From Lepidodermella squamata (Eukaryota > Animalia > Gastrotricha): DNA of 64,000 nt. The stretch lies in NCBI GenBank assembly GCA_047495785.1, contig JBLDXI010000033.1, forward strand, positions 1,426,001 to 1,490,000, written 5' to 3'. The translations under genes were made by a program, and so were the position numbers. The notes under the pieces are model-generated. The model searched no databases. It was not told the origin of the DNA and saw nothing but the letters and a program-made list of their open reading frames with translations. Each line of letters starts with the position of its first letter. Position 1 is the stretch's first letter. Positions 1-12,652 of this stretch are shown piece after piece.

Positions 1-209
1 GGGAAAAAAACATCGTCGAGCTATTTTCTTCGATTTTCCAATAAATAAACATAGCTATATGACTATGTATTATTAGGATTTTCATCTGGCTTGAATTCGG
101 ATCTCGCGTTCTGATGGGCATTAGATGGTCAAATTGCTCGATTGGCTAGGAACTGGCGCCACAAAACACGGTTGTAACTGCGGTGCGGAGCCCGGCTTCG
201 CAGCGCAGG

Positions 210-3200
210 ATGCCTAACCTAAACCGCTTCATTCTATACATTTTCCTGGCCATCGGTTACATTCTATCTGCGATAGTCCTGACTCTTTTCATCTATCAGC
301 AAATCACATTTGATCAACAGCAACAAGTCTTAGTGAAGGATATCGAACGGTATCGAAAAGCTCTTCAGGAAGAACGCCTAGCCGCCAGTTTGACAACTAA
401 TCCGCCGAAAATTACTGATGAACCTGGTCGAGTTGTGATAGGAAGTCGCTATGGCTTCGAAAATACGGCAACTAATGGTATCTTCATTAGCAATAGCGAT
501 GACTGGCTGAGTAAGCTTCATCACGATCAAAACGAGATGACAAGAAGGTCCGGGGTCGAAGTTTCCCCGACCCGAGCTTCGTTCATAAAACCTGACGAGC
601 TAATACGAACTTCTTCCCACGAAAAAACTCTGGATTTTCCTGTCGAAAAGCTGGAACTAGAACTGCCAGTATCGTCGTATTCAGGGGAGAGCATCGACTT
701 AACAACTCCAATGGACAAGGTAAAACGTCCGTCGGGCGGGTTTTCGTCGGAAAAATTTGACGAAGAAGTTGCTACGACAGAGCATTTGCCGCAGACCACT
801 GCTTCTCCAATGATCGTGATATCTGACCTATTCGAAGAGGCTGTTGTTCAAACAAAGCCGGTCGATCTTTCAACACTCCCTCAGTTGATTATAAATCGAG
901 TTACTGAAGAACAAACTAGTCCGAAGACAACAACTAAGGAGGAATTTACAATAACTACAACTCAATCGACAGTCGAATTTTCTGGGATGTCGGTAACGCC
1001 TGAGTTGGCATTGAGCTCTCAAGGTTCTGGCAGTAGTCAAGAATCACTACGACCTAGTCGGTTATGTGAAAGTGAAGAGTGCGTCCTAGCTGCGTCGAAT
1101 ATTCTGAGGTTGATGAATCGAAAAGCTGATCCGTGTCAAGATTTTTACGAGTTCACGTGCGGCCGATATGGCGAGACTGCCCAGGATCAGCACATTAGCC
1201 CTCAGGCGGCTATGCATAGGTTCCCATCTCAAATTGAACAAACATGTGATTTTTGCTGAAAAAGGAGATGAATATGTTAATGATTTTTTGAAATTTTAGA
1301 TAAATTTCTCATCGAAAAAACTCTGGAACGTCAAACGTCCGCGAATCACATTCTGAACCCGCATGGCGGGTCGGATGCGACCGTTAAACTTCAAGACGAA
1401 TTTTTAGCTAAGCTGCGCGGCTTCTACGCTTCGTGCATGCATCAAACTTCTTTCAATAAGTACCTGACTGAACTTAAAAAGTTCCTATTCGGCGTTGGCA
1501 GTTATGCTGCAAGGTAACAACTTATATGACTGCAGACAAATCTTTAGACAAAATTTAAAAAAATCCGGAGAAATTTGGTTCAACCGGGTAAAAACCGAAA
1601 ATTACCGAACCAGTTACCATCGGGGGTTTCCGGATTTTCCCAGATAAATCTTCAGATAAATTTATTTGGTAAAATCGTAGATAAGGCATGGAAAATTCCC
1701 AAGTGGGCTTGATTTAAAAAAAATTATTTCAATTTCCAGAATATTTTTTGGCGGAACCAAATTTGGCTATTGCGGAACCTTATTCTAAATAAGCAAAAGG
1801 CCGCTTTTCGAATATTTCTACGAAATTAAGGAAATCTATGAATTCTTTAGTGAAGAATGCGTGTTTTACAGAATTTTTCGCCGAATTTAAAGATATTTTA
1901 TTTTACAATTTTCTGGTCAATCATATCCCTTGAAAATTTCAAAAAGTGGCTTCGAAAATTCGAATTTTTTTTTGGCTTCGAAAACAATGAAAATTCCAAA
2001 ATTTGATTCCTTTGATCTTTGATTTCCTTTAAAAAGTTGCGAAGTTTCAAAAAGGTTGCGAACCATATGGGACACGCTGTTTCGTTATATCAAAATGAAA
2101 AAATGGCCAATTTTATCGTAATTTTATTGATGATTAATGATTTGATGAACTCGAGCAATAAAACGCACCCTAATTAAGGTATATTTAATTTAATTTTCTT
2201 GTTACCTTAGATCAACTGATTTGAGTCGAATAATAGGCGAGCTGGTGCTGAGGGATGTCTTCCCGCTCTTCGGCATCTCAGTTCACCGATCTCCACTCGG
2301 AGATGGGCAAGAAATAGTTGATGGCCGGCTGGCGTTCACGGCTCCAGTTCGGCATCTTCACCCATTCACCCTACAGCCCTCGGCAACTTCCTCGGCAACG
2401 CTAGTCAAAATCGACTCGGTCGTAGATCTTATGGCTGATGAACTATCAGTGGCTTTCGGTATCGATAGATCTCTCATTTTCGATATCGATAAGGACATGG
2501 AGTCGTCGCGGCTTCGCAATCTCTACGGCAGCACTTTCATGCAGCAAAACAAAGACTGCGAGAAGACGATAACTGTCGATTCTATGACAAAAAATCTCGG
2601 CAATTTCAGCCACCTGTTTGATTGGGAAGAACTCGTCCATTTCTTGGTCGACGTCGATAGTACAGGGGCGAAAACTTCGCTACGCACAGTTTGCGTCTCA
2701 AACGAATTCAGGCGATACATGCAGTCTATTGAGCCGATTTTCGCCAATGTCACGAAAATGGAACTTCTCCTTTACTCAACCTTCAAAGCTGGTCAGCATT
2801 TGATCAACTATTGGACAATGTTCGAGGAGCATGGCAATTCGTTTTCAAGGCGGGCTGAATGCTACAAGCTGGTCCACGATAACTTTAGAGATTTCATCGC
2901 TGAAATTCTGCATAACAACCTAGTCCGGCCTGATGTAGAGCGGGAAGTCGAAAGCATGACGGCAATCATTCGTAAAATCGCGCCGAACTTTTCGACAATC
3001 AACCTTCGAGACGATATGATTAACGAAATGGGAACAGTCAAGTCAAAAGTGCCGGAAATTCGTCGCCTCGATGAACTGCTAGATTTGAGCCAGAAAATGC
3101 CTGATACAACCGGGAAATCCTTCCTACCGAACGTGCTATCGGCTTGGAAGTTCAAAAATCAGCGAGAGCTGGCTAAAGTTGGTCAGAAAAAAATTGACCT

Positions 3201-4017
3201 AGTTAAAGAGTTGGATTTGATCCTATCACTCAAAGCCCAGGCTGCGTTTGTTCCAGGTATGAAGCAAGTTCGAATCTACCCACTACTGCTGGGGCTTGTT
3301 TCTCCCGAGTTGGGGTATAGCGGCTCTTCGTTGCCAACTTCTTTCAGCTATGGAACGTTAGGATTCGCAATCGCTCACGAATTCGCTCATGTCCTTCAGT
3401 TTTATCAGGAAAGGTCAGTGAAGGGTGACCACCGTCTGACTTCTACCTTCCAAGCTCGGGAGGAGAGGAGGAAGGACTGCTTGAATGATCGAAATGCCGA
3501 GGTTATTCGAGATAGGATAAGGAAGTTGTCGAGGAAGTCCGGCAATTCGAGTCAATCCCCAACGGAGGAAGATCAGGAACTCATGTCCGATGCCTCTGAT
3601 AGCTACCTTAACGAATTATGGGCCGATGCGATTGGGTTGAAGCTGGCCTATTACGCGTTTCAGTCGTCATTGCTAGACAGCGACGACAGCCTGGACCGAG
3701 CCTTACCAGGCCTGTCGAATATGACGGCGTCTCAGCTATTCTTCGTGTCTTTCTCTCAGGTGTTCTGTTCAAAGTCGCCGGCGTCGAATGTGATCAATGC
3801 GCTGCGAAGGTCGCTGCGATCGGGCAGCGGCGGCGGCGGCGCCGCGAATAACCGCCACTTTGCCCAGTACAGCCAGAGCCAGCTAAGCCATCCGCCAAAC
3901 TACGTTCGCGCCACTCTGCCGCTTGCGTTGTTCCGGGGCGAGTTTGCCCAAGCCTTCAACTGCCCAACTTCAGCGCCGCCGTTAGATTCGACGACCCCTT
4001 TCGACGACTGCAGCTGA
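210..4017 (+). CDS. M13 family (neprilysin/ECE-like) zinc metallopeptidase, type II membrane; join(210..1245,1300..1513,2211..4017)
   Basis: N-terminal TM (FILYIFLAIGYILSAIVLTLFIY), Ser/Thr-rich stalk, then CESEECV...ADPCQDFYEFTCG, KLRGFYASCM in exon 2, HEFAH zinc motif, NELWADAIG (GENIAD-like), QLFFVSFSQVFC, HPP..R and FNCP. Both GT-AG introns keep the frame. Confidence 0.9.
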
Positions 4018-4138
4018 AATAACTTCCAATACATCAGCGTCTCCTTTACATTTGTGATTATTTGTTACACACAAAATTTGTCATCTGTTTCTATTTGTTG
4101 CCAATGCGGACTTTCGTTTTTTTGTTATTTCCATAATC

Positions 4139-4687
4139 TGACCGTTAACAGGTGAAAAGTGGGGTTTAGCGAAATTTTCGACACTATGAGATTTGAACTT
4201 TCAAGATCAATGAACGAGGAGTCGAACGATATAAAAAAAATGTTGATAATCATCAGGGTTGCTTAGAAACTGGGCTTCAAAGTTTACGGGTGAAAATAGC
4301 TAATTTCGAAAAATGCGCGCTTAATAAATTAGTTTTTTATTGCATCAATTAAAAATTCTTCGCGCACTAAACCCTAGTTTTAGTTTCCTATGCGCAGTCG
4401 AGATTTTTCGGGGTTATCTGAGGTGAAAAATCTTGCTAGATATTCACACATTTTGATGGAATCAAGCCAGTGCTTCCACGTCAACCTAAATCGATAAGCT
4501 TTTTCGGCGACACTTCGGGGTCTCATATTTTTTTAGGTGAATGAAAGCCTCCTAGAGGTCTGAATTTTAAAAATTCAAAATTTGAAGGAAAATTTGAGTA
4601 AGAACATCTAGGAATCCATACACTTTTAGCCATTTGCTGCAAATTCAAACAATTCATCAAACCCCACTTTTCACTTTTCAACGGTCA
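4139..4687. mobile_element. Non-autonomous DNA transposon (MITE-like) with 29-bp imperfect TIRs
   Basis: Left end TGACCGTTAACAGGTGAAAAGTGGGGTTT versus reverse complement of right end TGACCGTTGAAAAGTGAAAAGTGGGGTTT (3 mismatches). Non-coding interior; no clear TSD. Confidence 0.65.
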
Positions 4688-5150
4688 TGTCATCACGAGT
4701 CCCAGCTCCGAATTCACCAGGTAGAAATTCATCTTTTTGAACACAAAAAAAACAGAATATGCCCGGTATAATAATCTCTATGTTGTGCAGCTTTTAGGAG
4801 AGGTAAAAATAATTGTGAACTTTCATATGTTGCAATAACGATGTTCTCGTTTATATTCGCCAGTTTTTCTGTACCTTTATTCAGCAGCAGGGATAAAGGA
4901 CTATTTGTTTAAGGCGTGAAATAATTCTCTGTATTATTTCAATGAATGCGCACAGATATACAAATAAAAAAGAAGACAATTCAAGGGAAAACTGCCGTGT
5001 CTTTCGCTATCTCGCTGATAAGCCTTCAGCACTCGATGCTCCAGAATGAAAGATGAAACACTTGGCGCAGAGCCTTGCTGTGTTATCTGCACTATATCCC
5101 TACTTAAGTAGCTGGGCTGAGCAGCATTTCTGAACCTAAATTTGCTGAGC

Positions 5151-5399
5151 ATGGCTTCTACATCACTCGAAGTTCCGAAGGAAAAGTTCGGATTCCAATC
5201 TCCTGACCTAAAATTGGTTAAACAGCGGAACAACTTGCAAAGTCTCAAGTCGAGAATTGAGGAAATTGAGCAGCTTATCGATAAGTTGGAAAACGATCGA
5301 ATGGAATACCTGACGTATTTTCAACGCCGTTCGTCATCGCAACAAAGCAGATCATCGCAGTATTCTGTGGACGAAATCGATGAAATAATTTTCACTTGA
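5151..5399 (+). CDS. Small coiled-coil hypothetical protein (82 aa)
   Basis: ATG at 5151, heptad pattern LQSLKSRIEEIEQLIDKLE, and AATAAA at about 5424. Confidence 0.45.
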   Translation: MASTSLEVPKEKFGFQSPDLKLVKQRNNLQSLKSRIEEIEQLIDKLENDRMEYLTYFQRRSSSQQSRSSQYSVDEIDEIIFT

Positions 5400-5458
5400 C
5401 CTACTTTATTTTTCTGAATCATCAATAAATTAAAATATGATGCGCGCTAGCAGGATTT

Positions 5459-6337
5459 TTAAGAGCTATAAGCTGGGCATGACGCGTGAGGTTCCCATTG
5501 ATGTTGTAGCGTTAGGCCGCAGACGAAGCAGAACCTTAAATGGCAGGAGTGACAGGTAACTCGATTGCTGCCAAGGTAATTCCTGTAAACCTCAGTCCCA
5601 CATTTGGCACATTTAGCAGTTTTAGCAGCCGTTGATTCTTTTACGACGACATTCAAACTAGCTGAGGTATAACCCAACTGCTCAGTTTCCCGAGCAATCT
5701 CCGCCAACTGGACCTCCATAGCCTCGGCAGGCGTGAGAACGCACGAGACATCGTCGCTTGAGACTTCAACCCGGCAAACAGGGCATCGCAGCGGGAAATG
5801 CTTGCGATCAACATCGTTTGACATTGTAGTTCTCGCACATTTTTTACACAACTTATCGCGGCAGGTGGACATTTTCAACAAATCCTCGATGACGTTTCTT
5901 TGATGGCACAAGTCGCAGGTGAATAGCTCGCCAGGAGCTTCGGGTATAGATTTAACGTCACTCAACTCGTTGAGTCGTGATCGTAAATTTGAGACATCTT
6001 CCGTTAGCTGGTTGATTTGGTCTGTGAGTTTCACGTTCAACTCTCGCATGGAGGTTACCTCAGCTTGAAGAGATCGAACTTCTGCGTGTAACACCATGTC
6101 TCGGAGAGGTTTTAAGACGTCAACCGCCTCGCCGGTTATAAGCTGCCTTTCAGACTCAAATTTCCGGTAAACCTCCTCAGCTTCGGCATCGTTTTCAAAT
6201 TCGATCGAGAAAATTTGTGAAGCTGAACCTCGACCGGCCAATGCGATACTTTTCGCCACAATAGGGTGTATTGATTGCTCTATTTCCAACACGGTGGTTG
6301 CTTTTGTAGTGTGAACGACGACTTCAAGGAACGCCAT
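5459..6337 (-). CDS. Intronless coiled-coil + RING1-like + Rcat/IBR-like zinc-finger protein (truncated RBR E3-like)
   Basis: Coiled coil, then FTCDLC...CRDKLCKKC...LRCPVC (RING1-like), then TAKCAKC...GSNRVTCHSCHLRFCFVC...H..C (RBR RING2/IBR-like). Confidence 0.75.
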   Translation of the reverse strand: MAFLEVVVHTTKATTVLEIEQSIHPIVAKSIALAGRGSASQIFSIEFENDAEAEEVYRKFESERQLITGEAVDVLKPLRDMVLHAEVRSLQAEVTSMRELNVKLTDQINQLTEDVSNLRSRLNELSDVKSIPEAPGELFTCDLCHQRNVIEDLLKMSTCRDKLCKKCARTTMSNDVDRKHFPLRCPVCRVEVSSDDVSCVLTPAEAMEVQLAEIARETEQLGYTSASLNVVVKESTAAKTAKCAKCGTEVYRNYLGSNRVTCHSCHLRFCFVCGLTLQHQWEPHASCPAYSS

Positions 6338-8101
6338 TTGATGTAGGAACGATTGTATTTAAAAATCATGCAAGAATTAATGCGAAATTATTCAGGAGCA
6401 GCAGATAAGGCTCTTATCTTTATTGCAATGTTCAGTTATCAAAGAGACCGGTCAAGCGTGACCTTGGACTTTTTTTCGACCGCCTATCCTTATCACAGAA
6501 GTGCTATGTGGGTTACAATTTGGTGGTTAACGGACTATAATGAATGTGTTATTTCCAGCTATTGATTAAATATTTGTTATAAAATTGAATTTCGCCAATA
6601 TTGGCTCGAAAATGATACAAGATAATTCCTCATCTTAATAATGCGGGGCGAAGCTAATGATAAATAAATGACATATTTGACCCAATTTGTAGTTCAATGG
6701 CTCTGGAATATAATTGAAAAATGTCAAACTAACATATTCTCACAATCGATCTATTTTTTAAGGATCGTGAAAAGTGAATCTATTTACGTCCGTTTTTAAA
6801 CAATTTTAACCTTGTTTCGAAATGCGCGAAATTTAACAAAAATAAATCCATTCCACCGATGTGACGTAGATGTCTACGCATCGCGCGCGCTTCGTTTAGA
6901 TGAGATAGAAAATTCTTCGGATGAAATCTGATTTCAGTTTTCGACTCTCGTATTATTGGAAAGTCCGGGATATGCATATGACGTCTCGTGTTTATTCTGG
7001 TAGATAAAATCCCTCGGCTGAAGAGCATTCTTCAACTCAATTCGCAGTTCTTTATATTTCGAAGTGCGACAGCCGGATTAGCGCAAATAATACATTGATT
7101 CAAGGCTTTCGATAGCAGTGAAACGTCGCACTTTAATGACTCAATTGTCTAGGCTCCAGACTTAGGATATAAACGATTATAAGGGATAAAAATGACCATC
7201 TATTCGCCGCCTCGTTTACCCCTCAATTCCGATCCAGCAAGCTGCCGACATTGCCAATAATAATTCAACCATTTCGCTGAGAATTTACTTCTTATAAAAA
7301 CTGTTGATGTTCAGCAATCAGGAAACCGAAAAACAAACGAAATCACGCGCATCTGCTTTCATCAAATGTAAGCAAAGACAATTTTGAATTGTTTAGACGG
7401 GAGATTTAGACAACCGCCGTCGTTTGACTTCAGTCCCACAAATTTCATTATAACCAAAATGCAATTTTCTCGCCGTTATTGCATGCCAAGCTATAATGTA
7501 AATATTTTAGCCAGAAAAGTCATAATACATAGACAAATCAAGGCACATCCAGAATAATACGAACTGTAATTAGATCGCCTTATATGTTGCTATAACGTCA
7601 TGTTTTTCCGCGTACAAAACAACTATATATCTACCAATCGGTCATTGATTGATTGAACAAATTTGCTGGCATCCCGCGATCAAAAAAAACAGAATAACAA
7701 TAACACAAAAAATAATTGCTACTGGCCCTGCCCGTGGTGGTCGCATTTTTACAGACTACCATATAGCCGAGACTTTTGTTAACATCGATTTTTCGCTACC
7801 ATAAATTGTATAGTGATGCGTAACTCAATTTAACATGCGGCCATTTCGTAGAGTGGGCGTCGTCGTTGTAGTAAAGACTTTGCTCTAGTTCGGAATTTTC
7901 AAGAAAAACGTCGCCACCGATGTACTTATATTTTGGTCGACCTTATACCAATTAATCCATAATATACCCTCTCATATTAGCATTTTTGATTTTCTCCTGA
8001 TATATGGAAATAATATGTGCCTACATATATTTTTAGTTTGCATCAAACGACTTCAGCCCCTTTGCGCGTTTATTTACGAATATTTGCAAAATTTGAAAAT
8101 A

Positions 8102-8730
8102 ATGGGCGCTGCAGGTAGCAATTTGTCGGAGGAAGAAATCGCGGCGCTGAAGCGTGACACACGGTTCACTGAGCAGGAACTGCGCGCGTGGTACAAGGGC
8201 TTTCTACGCGACTGCCCAACCGGCCTCATCACCCCGGATGATTTCGAGAAAATCTACAAATCGTTCTTTCCGTTTGGCGATTCGTCAAAATTCGGCGATC
8301 ACGTTTTCAAGCTGTTCGATCTGAATGGCGATGGCAAAATTGATTTTCGCGAATTCGCTATGGCTGTCAACCTGCTACTATGCCCTGAGCCTGAGGAGCG
8401 ACTCAGGTTTGTCTTCCGAATTTACGACGTAGACGACAGTGGGTACATAACAAAAGCTGAGATGCAAGAGATTTTCAAGGTGAGATTGAAAAAAACCCTC
8501 CTTAAAAATATCAATTTTGCGATAATTTTTTCCAGTCTCTCAGCCGCATGTTAAGCGTAACTTCGCAAAGTTACCGCGACGATCGCGAGCTGCGTCGTTC
8601 TGTCGAGGCCATGTTTCGCAAAATGGACCTCAACGGCGATGACAACATTTCAATGGAAGAATTCGTCAATGTGGCCCGTGCAGATCCGAATATTTTCAAA
8701 ATTTTGGACGCAACAATTTGCCCGTTGTAA
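8102..8730 (+). CDS. Neuronal calcium sensor (recoverin/frequenin/hippocalcin family); join(8102..8479,8536..8730)
   Basis: MGxxxS myristoylation start, WYKGFLRDCPTG hallmark, EF-hand loops DLNGDGKIDFRE, DVDDSGYITKAE and DLNGDDNISMEE; phase-0 GT-AG intron. Confidence 0.93.
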
Positions 8731-8966
8731 GAAACGGCCTATTCTCTTCAAATGACTCACATGCATTTATGATCTTTAAAATATGTAATATATTAAGAGA
8801 TTTTCAATAGTCTCATCTCCTTTGTAGCAATTTCGATGTAAATAAAAATAGTTCATGTACTTCATTTTTATATACCAGAACAAAGGCACAAAGACAAAAA
8901 GGGTCATGTAATAACAAGAATTGAGGTAGGTCAAAAATATAGGTCATTCAATTTGATTATCGCGCC

Positions 8967-9455
8967 TTAGAAGTTCATGCTTGTCGCATATTTTCGATTA
9001 GGAAGAGACGCCTTTCTGTAGTTTTGATGGAAATAAAGAGCCGGCGAATCAGATCCTGGGACGAATCGATTGTCTTGTTGGATTTGTTGGACATGTTCGT
9101 ACAAAGATGTGCCGCCGAATAGGGGAAGAGATTGCTCGATCAGATAACTGCTCTTGCTCTTCGTTTCTTCATCGCCTCGTTGTTGCTGCCGCCTTCTTTT
9201 CCAACGTTTCCAACAATTCATTACCTGAATAATTGCGATGGCTATCAGAAAGGCGATGAGCCACATAGCGGCAGCTAGAGCCATGCATCTCCAGTTGGCG
9301 ATATATTCTTGGAACGAACCCAAGTCAGTTTGAACCTTGGCAGTCGGAGTTAATTTTTCCGTCGTCGGTCGTGGGGCTGGTTTTTGCGTCGAAAGATCAA
9401 ACGATTCATAATCGTCTCTTGGAATAGGCGGGGGAAGCAGGAGAATTTTACTCAT
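8967..9455 (-). CDS. Single-pass (type III-like) membrane protein, unknown function
   Basis: ATG at 9455 (MSKILLL), TM CMALAAAMWLIAFLIAIAIIQVM followed by basic stop-transfer KRWKRRR, and a Tyr-containing tail. Confidence 0.65.
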   Translation of the reverse strand: MSKILLLPPPIPRDDYESFDLSTQKPAPRPTTEKLTPTAKVQTDLGSFQEYIANWRCMALAAAMWLIAFLIAIAIIQVMNCWKRWKRRRQQQRGDEETKSKSSYLIEQSLPLFGGTSLYEHVQQIQQDNRFVPGSDSPALYFHQNYRKASLPNRKYATSMNF

Positions 9456-9749
9456 GATGATGGTTGTATAAAAATTATGACTCGAGTGTATTTCGACCGC
9501 AAAAATGCACTGCACCCGTAAAATGCGCGACCTGCTCGACAACAATCGATAACAATATGGCCAGGTAATTTCCGCCAATAGAGCAGTCGCTGTAGGCGGT
9601 CGAGGTCCATTAGTTGTCCAAATATGATATTGCCAGGCAACAACCACGGCTGATATTTACCTAGCGAATAATTTTTTCCCCTCGATTTTTCTTAAATTAA
9701 TTAAACCAGCCGGACGTAATTATCTTTATTTTGGTAAACAACATTTTTC

Positions 9750-10815
9750 TCACACGATCAAATGAGCTTCAGTGTTTTTGCGACTTCTTCCTGTTGACTT
9801 GGCGCTTTTTCGCTTCGATTTATGAGATTTTCCGGATTGGCCTCTTGAACGCGACAAATTGACGTGACTCCCATTAATTATTATCTGCTCATCGTAGCCA
9901 ACAGCTACCCGTTTCAGCTCGTTGTTCAAATGATTCAACGACTGAGACTTTCTAAGGGGGTTATTTGCTACTACAGGAATTTCATCGTCTTCATCCTCGT
10001 CGTCGCCAGATTCGTCCTTATCAGGCTGGAAGACGGTTTGCTGAGGGGCGAACATGCCGTTGCCCATCCCTGTGATTGCAGCCATGTGAGTCGGGCCTCC
10101 GGGTATCATTCCAGGCGGGCCGAACATCCCAGGCATATTACTCATCGGAGGCATCATGAAATTATTCCCAGCACCAAATGGGTGATGGCTGTGGTTTTGA
10201 TTGAAAAATGGATGCGGTGGCATCATCCCGCCAAACATGTTCGGATAGCCAAGCGGCATCGGGAATAAAGCCTTTGAATTTTTATCCGCTAAAATGTCGT
10301 TTTTATCCGTGTTCTCGCTGATATCGGACGACGCTGATTTAGCTCGCTCCTTTTTGCCGCGCTTTTTCCCGGCATTTGACTCGTCATCCGTGCTTTCGTC
10401 GCCGTGGTGGTGGATGTGAACCTCGGGCTGTTTGACGGGTAGCGGAATTTTCAGCGGTAAATTAACAGGTTCGCCCTTTTCGTTTAAAATCTGACCGCCT
10501 GAATCTAAATCGCCGCCGCCGTAAGGTTGAGGCATGACTTGCCGGGGTGGGATGTAAAACACAGGCCGACCAGCGAAAATTCTGTAGAAAAATACAAATT
10601 TACAATAATCGTCTAAAAATTAGGCCATGACCTTACTTTGGCTTTATTGCTCTGACCCCGCATTTATAGCACATGTAAGCTGAACAGGCTGCTATGCCGC
10701 CTGATATTAGTAGAGCCGCCAGTGACACTAGCGACCATTGCAAGGCTTGACCTTCAGAAGTGCTCCAGTACGAGGTTGTGCTTGCAATCGATGTAGATTG
10801 GGTAGATGATGACAT
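9750..10815 (-). CDS. Single-pass membrane protein with disordered Pro/Met/Gly-rich tail; complement(join(9750..10581,10637..10815))
   Basis: Ser/Thr-rich N-terminus, TM WSLVSLAALLISGGIAACSAYMCY; a phase-2 GTAAG..TACAG intron joins the two listed ORFs in frame. Confidence 0.7.
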
Positions 10816-11140
10816 CGTTGTCTATTTAATTCATGGGAAAAGATTCTCTGAAAGTGCCTGGTGGTGTTGATGAATAAATGAAAGGAAATAGTGAATTACT
10901 CATTGGAACTGCCGGGCAACAGGATCAAAAGATGATCGTCAATGAATGAAAACCCATTGAAAATACAAACAATTTACAAAAAATCGTTTTATTTCTCGAC
11001 TTTGCGTAATAGTGGAAAATTGATACATTATAACTGGATCGACGGAATGTTGAATCGATGACTCTGCTCAAGCTTGAAGTTGCACTGTGAAAGAATCTCA
11101 GGAATTTAGGCGATAAAAATTTCATTGGAATTCGACTGAT

Positions 11141-11488
11141 TTAGACGGGCTGCTCTCCTACTCTATCACCTGCCGAGCTGTGCTGAGGCCCAACTGATGC
11201 TTTCGTGTAAAGAGCACCGCCAATCGGTTTATTCCGAACTTTTTCAATCACTTTGGCGACCGCGATAAGAGCTACAACGCACGTTATGGCAATCCCCATG
11301 CCGAGGGTCACGCCAAACCAGTTGACATTATTCTGTTTCGACCACCAGGCTGGGTCATAACTAGACCCGGATGAGTAAACTGCTGAAGACGTGGTCGAAA
11401 CTTGAGCTTGATAGTAGTTGAGGGAACAGTCTGGCTGCGTTGAACCATTCGGGCAAAGTTGCTGTCGTTTTATCCGAAGTAGATCCAT
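11141..11488 (-). CDS. Small single-pass membrane protein, paralog 1 of a tandem triplet
   Basis: Shares CxNGSxxPDCSL, AWWxKQNNVxWxGxTLGMG, the TM segment and KPIGGxxYTK with the two adjacent ORFs. Confidence 0.85.
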   Translation of the reverse strand: MDLLRIKRQQLCPNGSTQPDCSLNYYQAQVSTTSSAVYSSGSSYDPAWWSKQNNVNWFGVTLGMGIAITCVVALIAVAKVIEKVRNKPIGGALYTKASVGPQHSSAGDRVGEQPV

Positions 11489-11851
11489 GTAAAAACGAGG
11501 CTTGAGATTCTTGTAAATCGAATAATTTGTGGTCTATTTTGCAACTATAAATGACCTGCTCATCTGTACAAAAAGTGCATTTTTGACCCACTACGACTGT
11601 CATTTTACTATACTGCGTGAATGAAATATTGTCGCATTGAGGTGCTTAGTAACGACATTGTTGGATAATCAATACTCACGGCTTGTTTTCATCTGCCAGC
11701 AGATACATACTAAACCTGAATAAGTAGTACGCATTCTCATAAATAGCGGCTAAATGTATCGAAATACATAGGTTTTATTGGATTACACATGTTTTCGATA
11801 GCAAAGTCTTTCTTTGTGTTCCTGGTCCCTCGCCAGTAGAGTTGAAGGTAA

Positions 11852-12205
11852 TTAAACTGTTAAAGGACCGGCTTCTGTTGAAGAAGGTCCAGCATCTTCA
11901 TTATGATGAGAATGCGCCGGTATTTTAGTGTAAATAGAGCCGCCGATTGGTTTGCCGCGAATTTTTTCTATAATTTTTACTGTTGCGATGAAGATAACAA
12001 CGCACGCCACTGCGAGTCCCATTCCAAGTGTTAGACCAGACCAATTTACGTTGTTTTGCTTTGACCACCAGGCTGTATCGGATTTTGAAACTGAAATTGA
12101 TGAAACAAGCCTCGAAAATGGAGGTGGTGGGTAGTTCAGAGAACAATCCGGGGCGATGGAGCCGTTAGGGCAAGGTTGCCGCCACCACAACCACGGAAAA
12201 TCCAT
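11852..12205 (-). CDS. Small single-pass membrane protein, paralog 2 of a tandem triplet
   Basis: Same motif set; first ATG at 12205 (MDFPW). Confidence 0.85.
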   Translation of the reverse strand: MDFPWLWWRQPCPNGSIAPDCSLNYPPPPFSRLVSSISVSKSDTAWWSKQNNVNWSGLTLGMGLAVACVVIFIATVKIIEKIRGKPIGGSIYTKIPAHSHHNEDAGPSSTEAGPLTV

Positions 12206-12652
12206 TTTCAAAATTTCCAATATTGGTCGGTCATGTTTTGCAGATTTTGCGATAAATATTCAAAAAATAAGAAATCACGATTGACAAAAATTTATTTTGT
12301 AGCTAATACACCTTGGATATTTTGACCGACTGCCCACTCCTAAGAATGGCTTACGAGAACGGAAAACTCACCAGGGATTGTGCTTAGTTACGTGCACTTG
12401 ATTACTTATTTCCAATCGATAAATATCGAGGCTGTGAAATAAACCAGCCACCAAGCCAAATACTTTTATTTTCCTGCTACATTTATAAAATTTTGTAAGA
12501 TTCATACAAAAAATAAGTGTAACCCAGAGGTGAATATAAATTTATTTCTTTCAAAGCAAAAGCAGGCATGAGCAGTAGAAAAATGGAAAATTAGCTGGCA
12601 GATGAGCTGAAAAATTCAGCTATGGTACAAATCAGATAATATCAATTCGATT

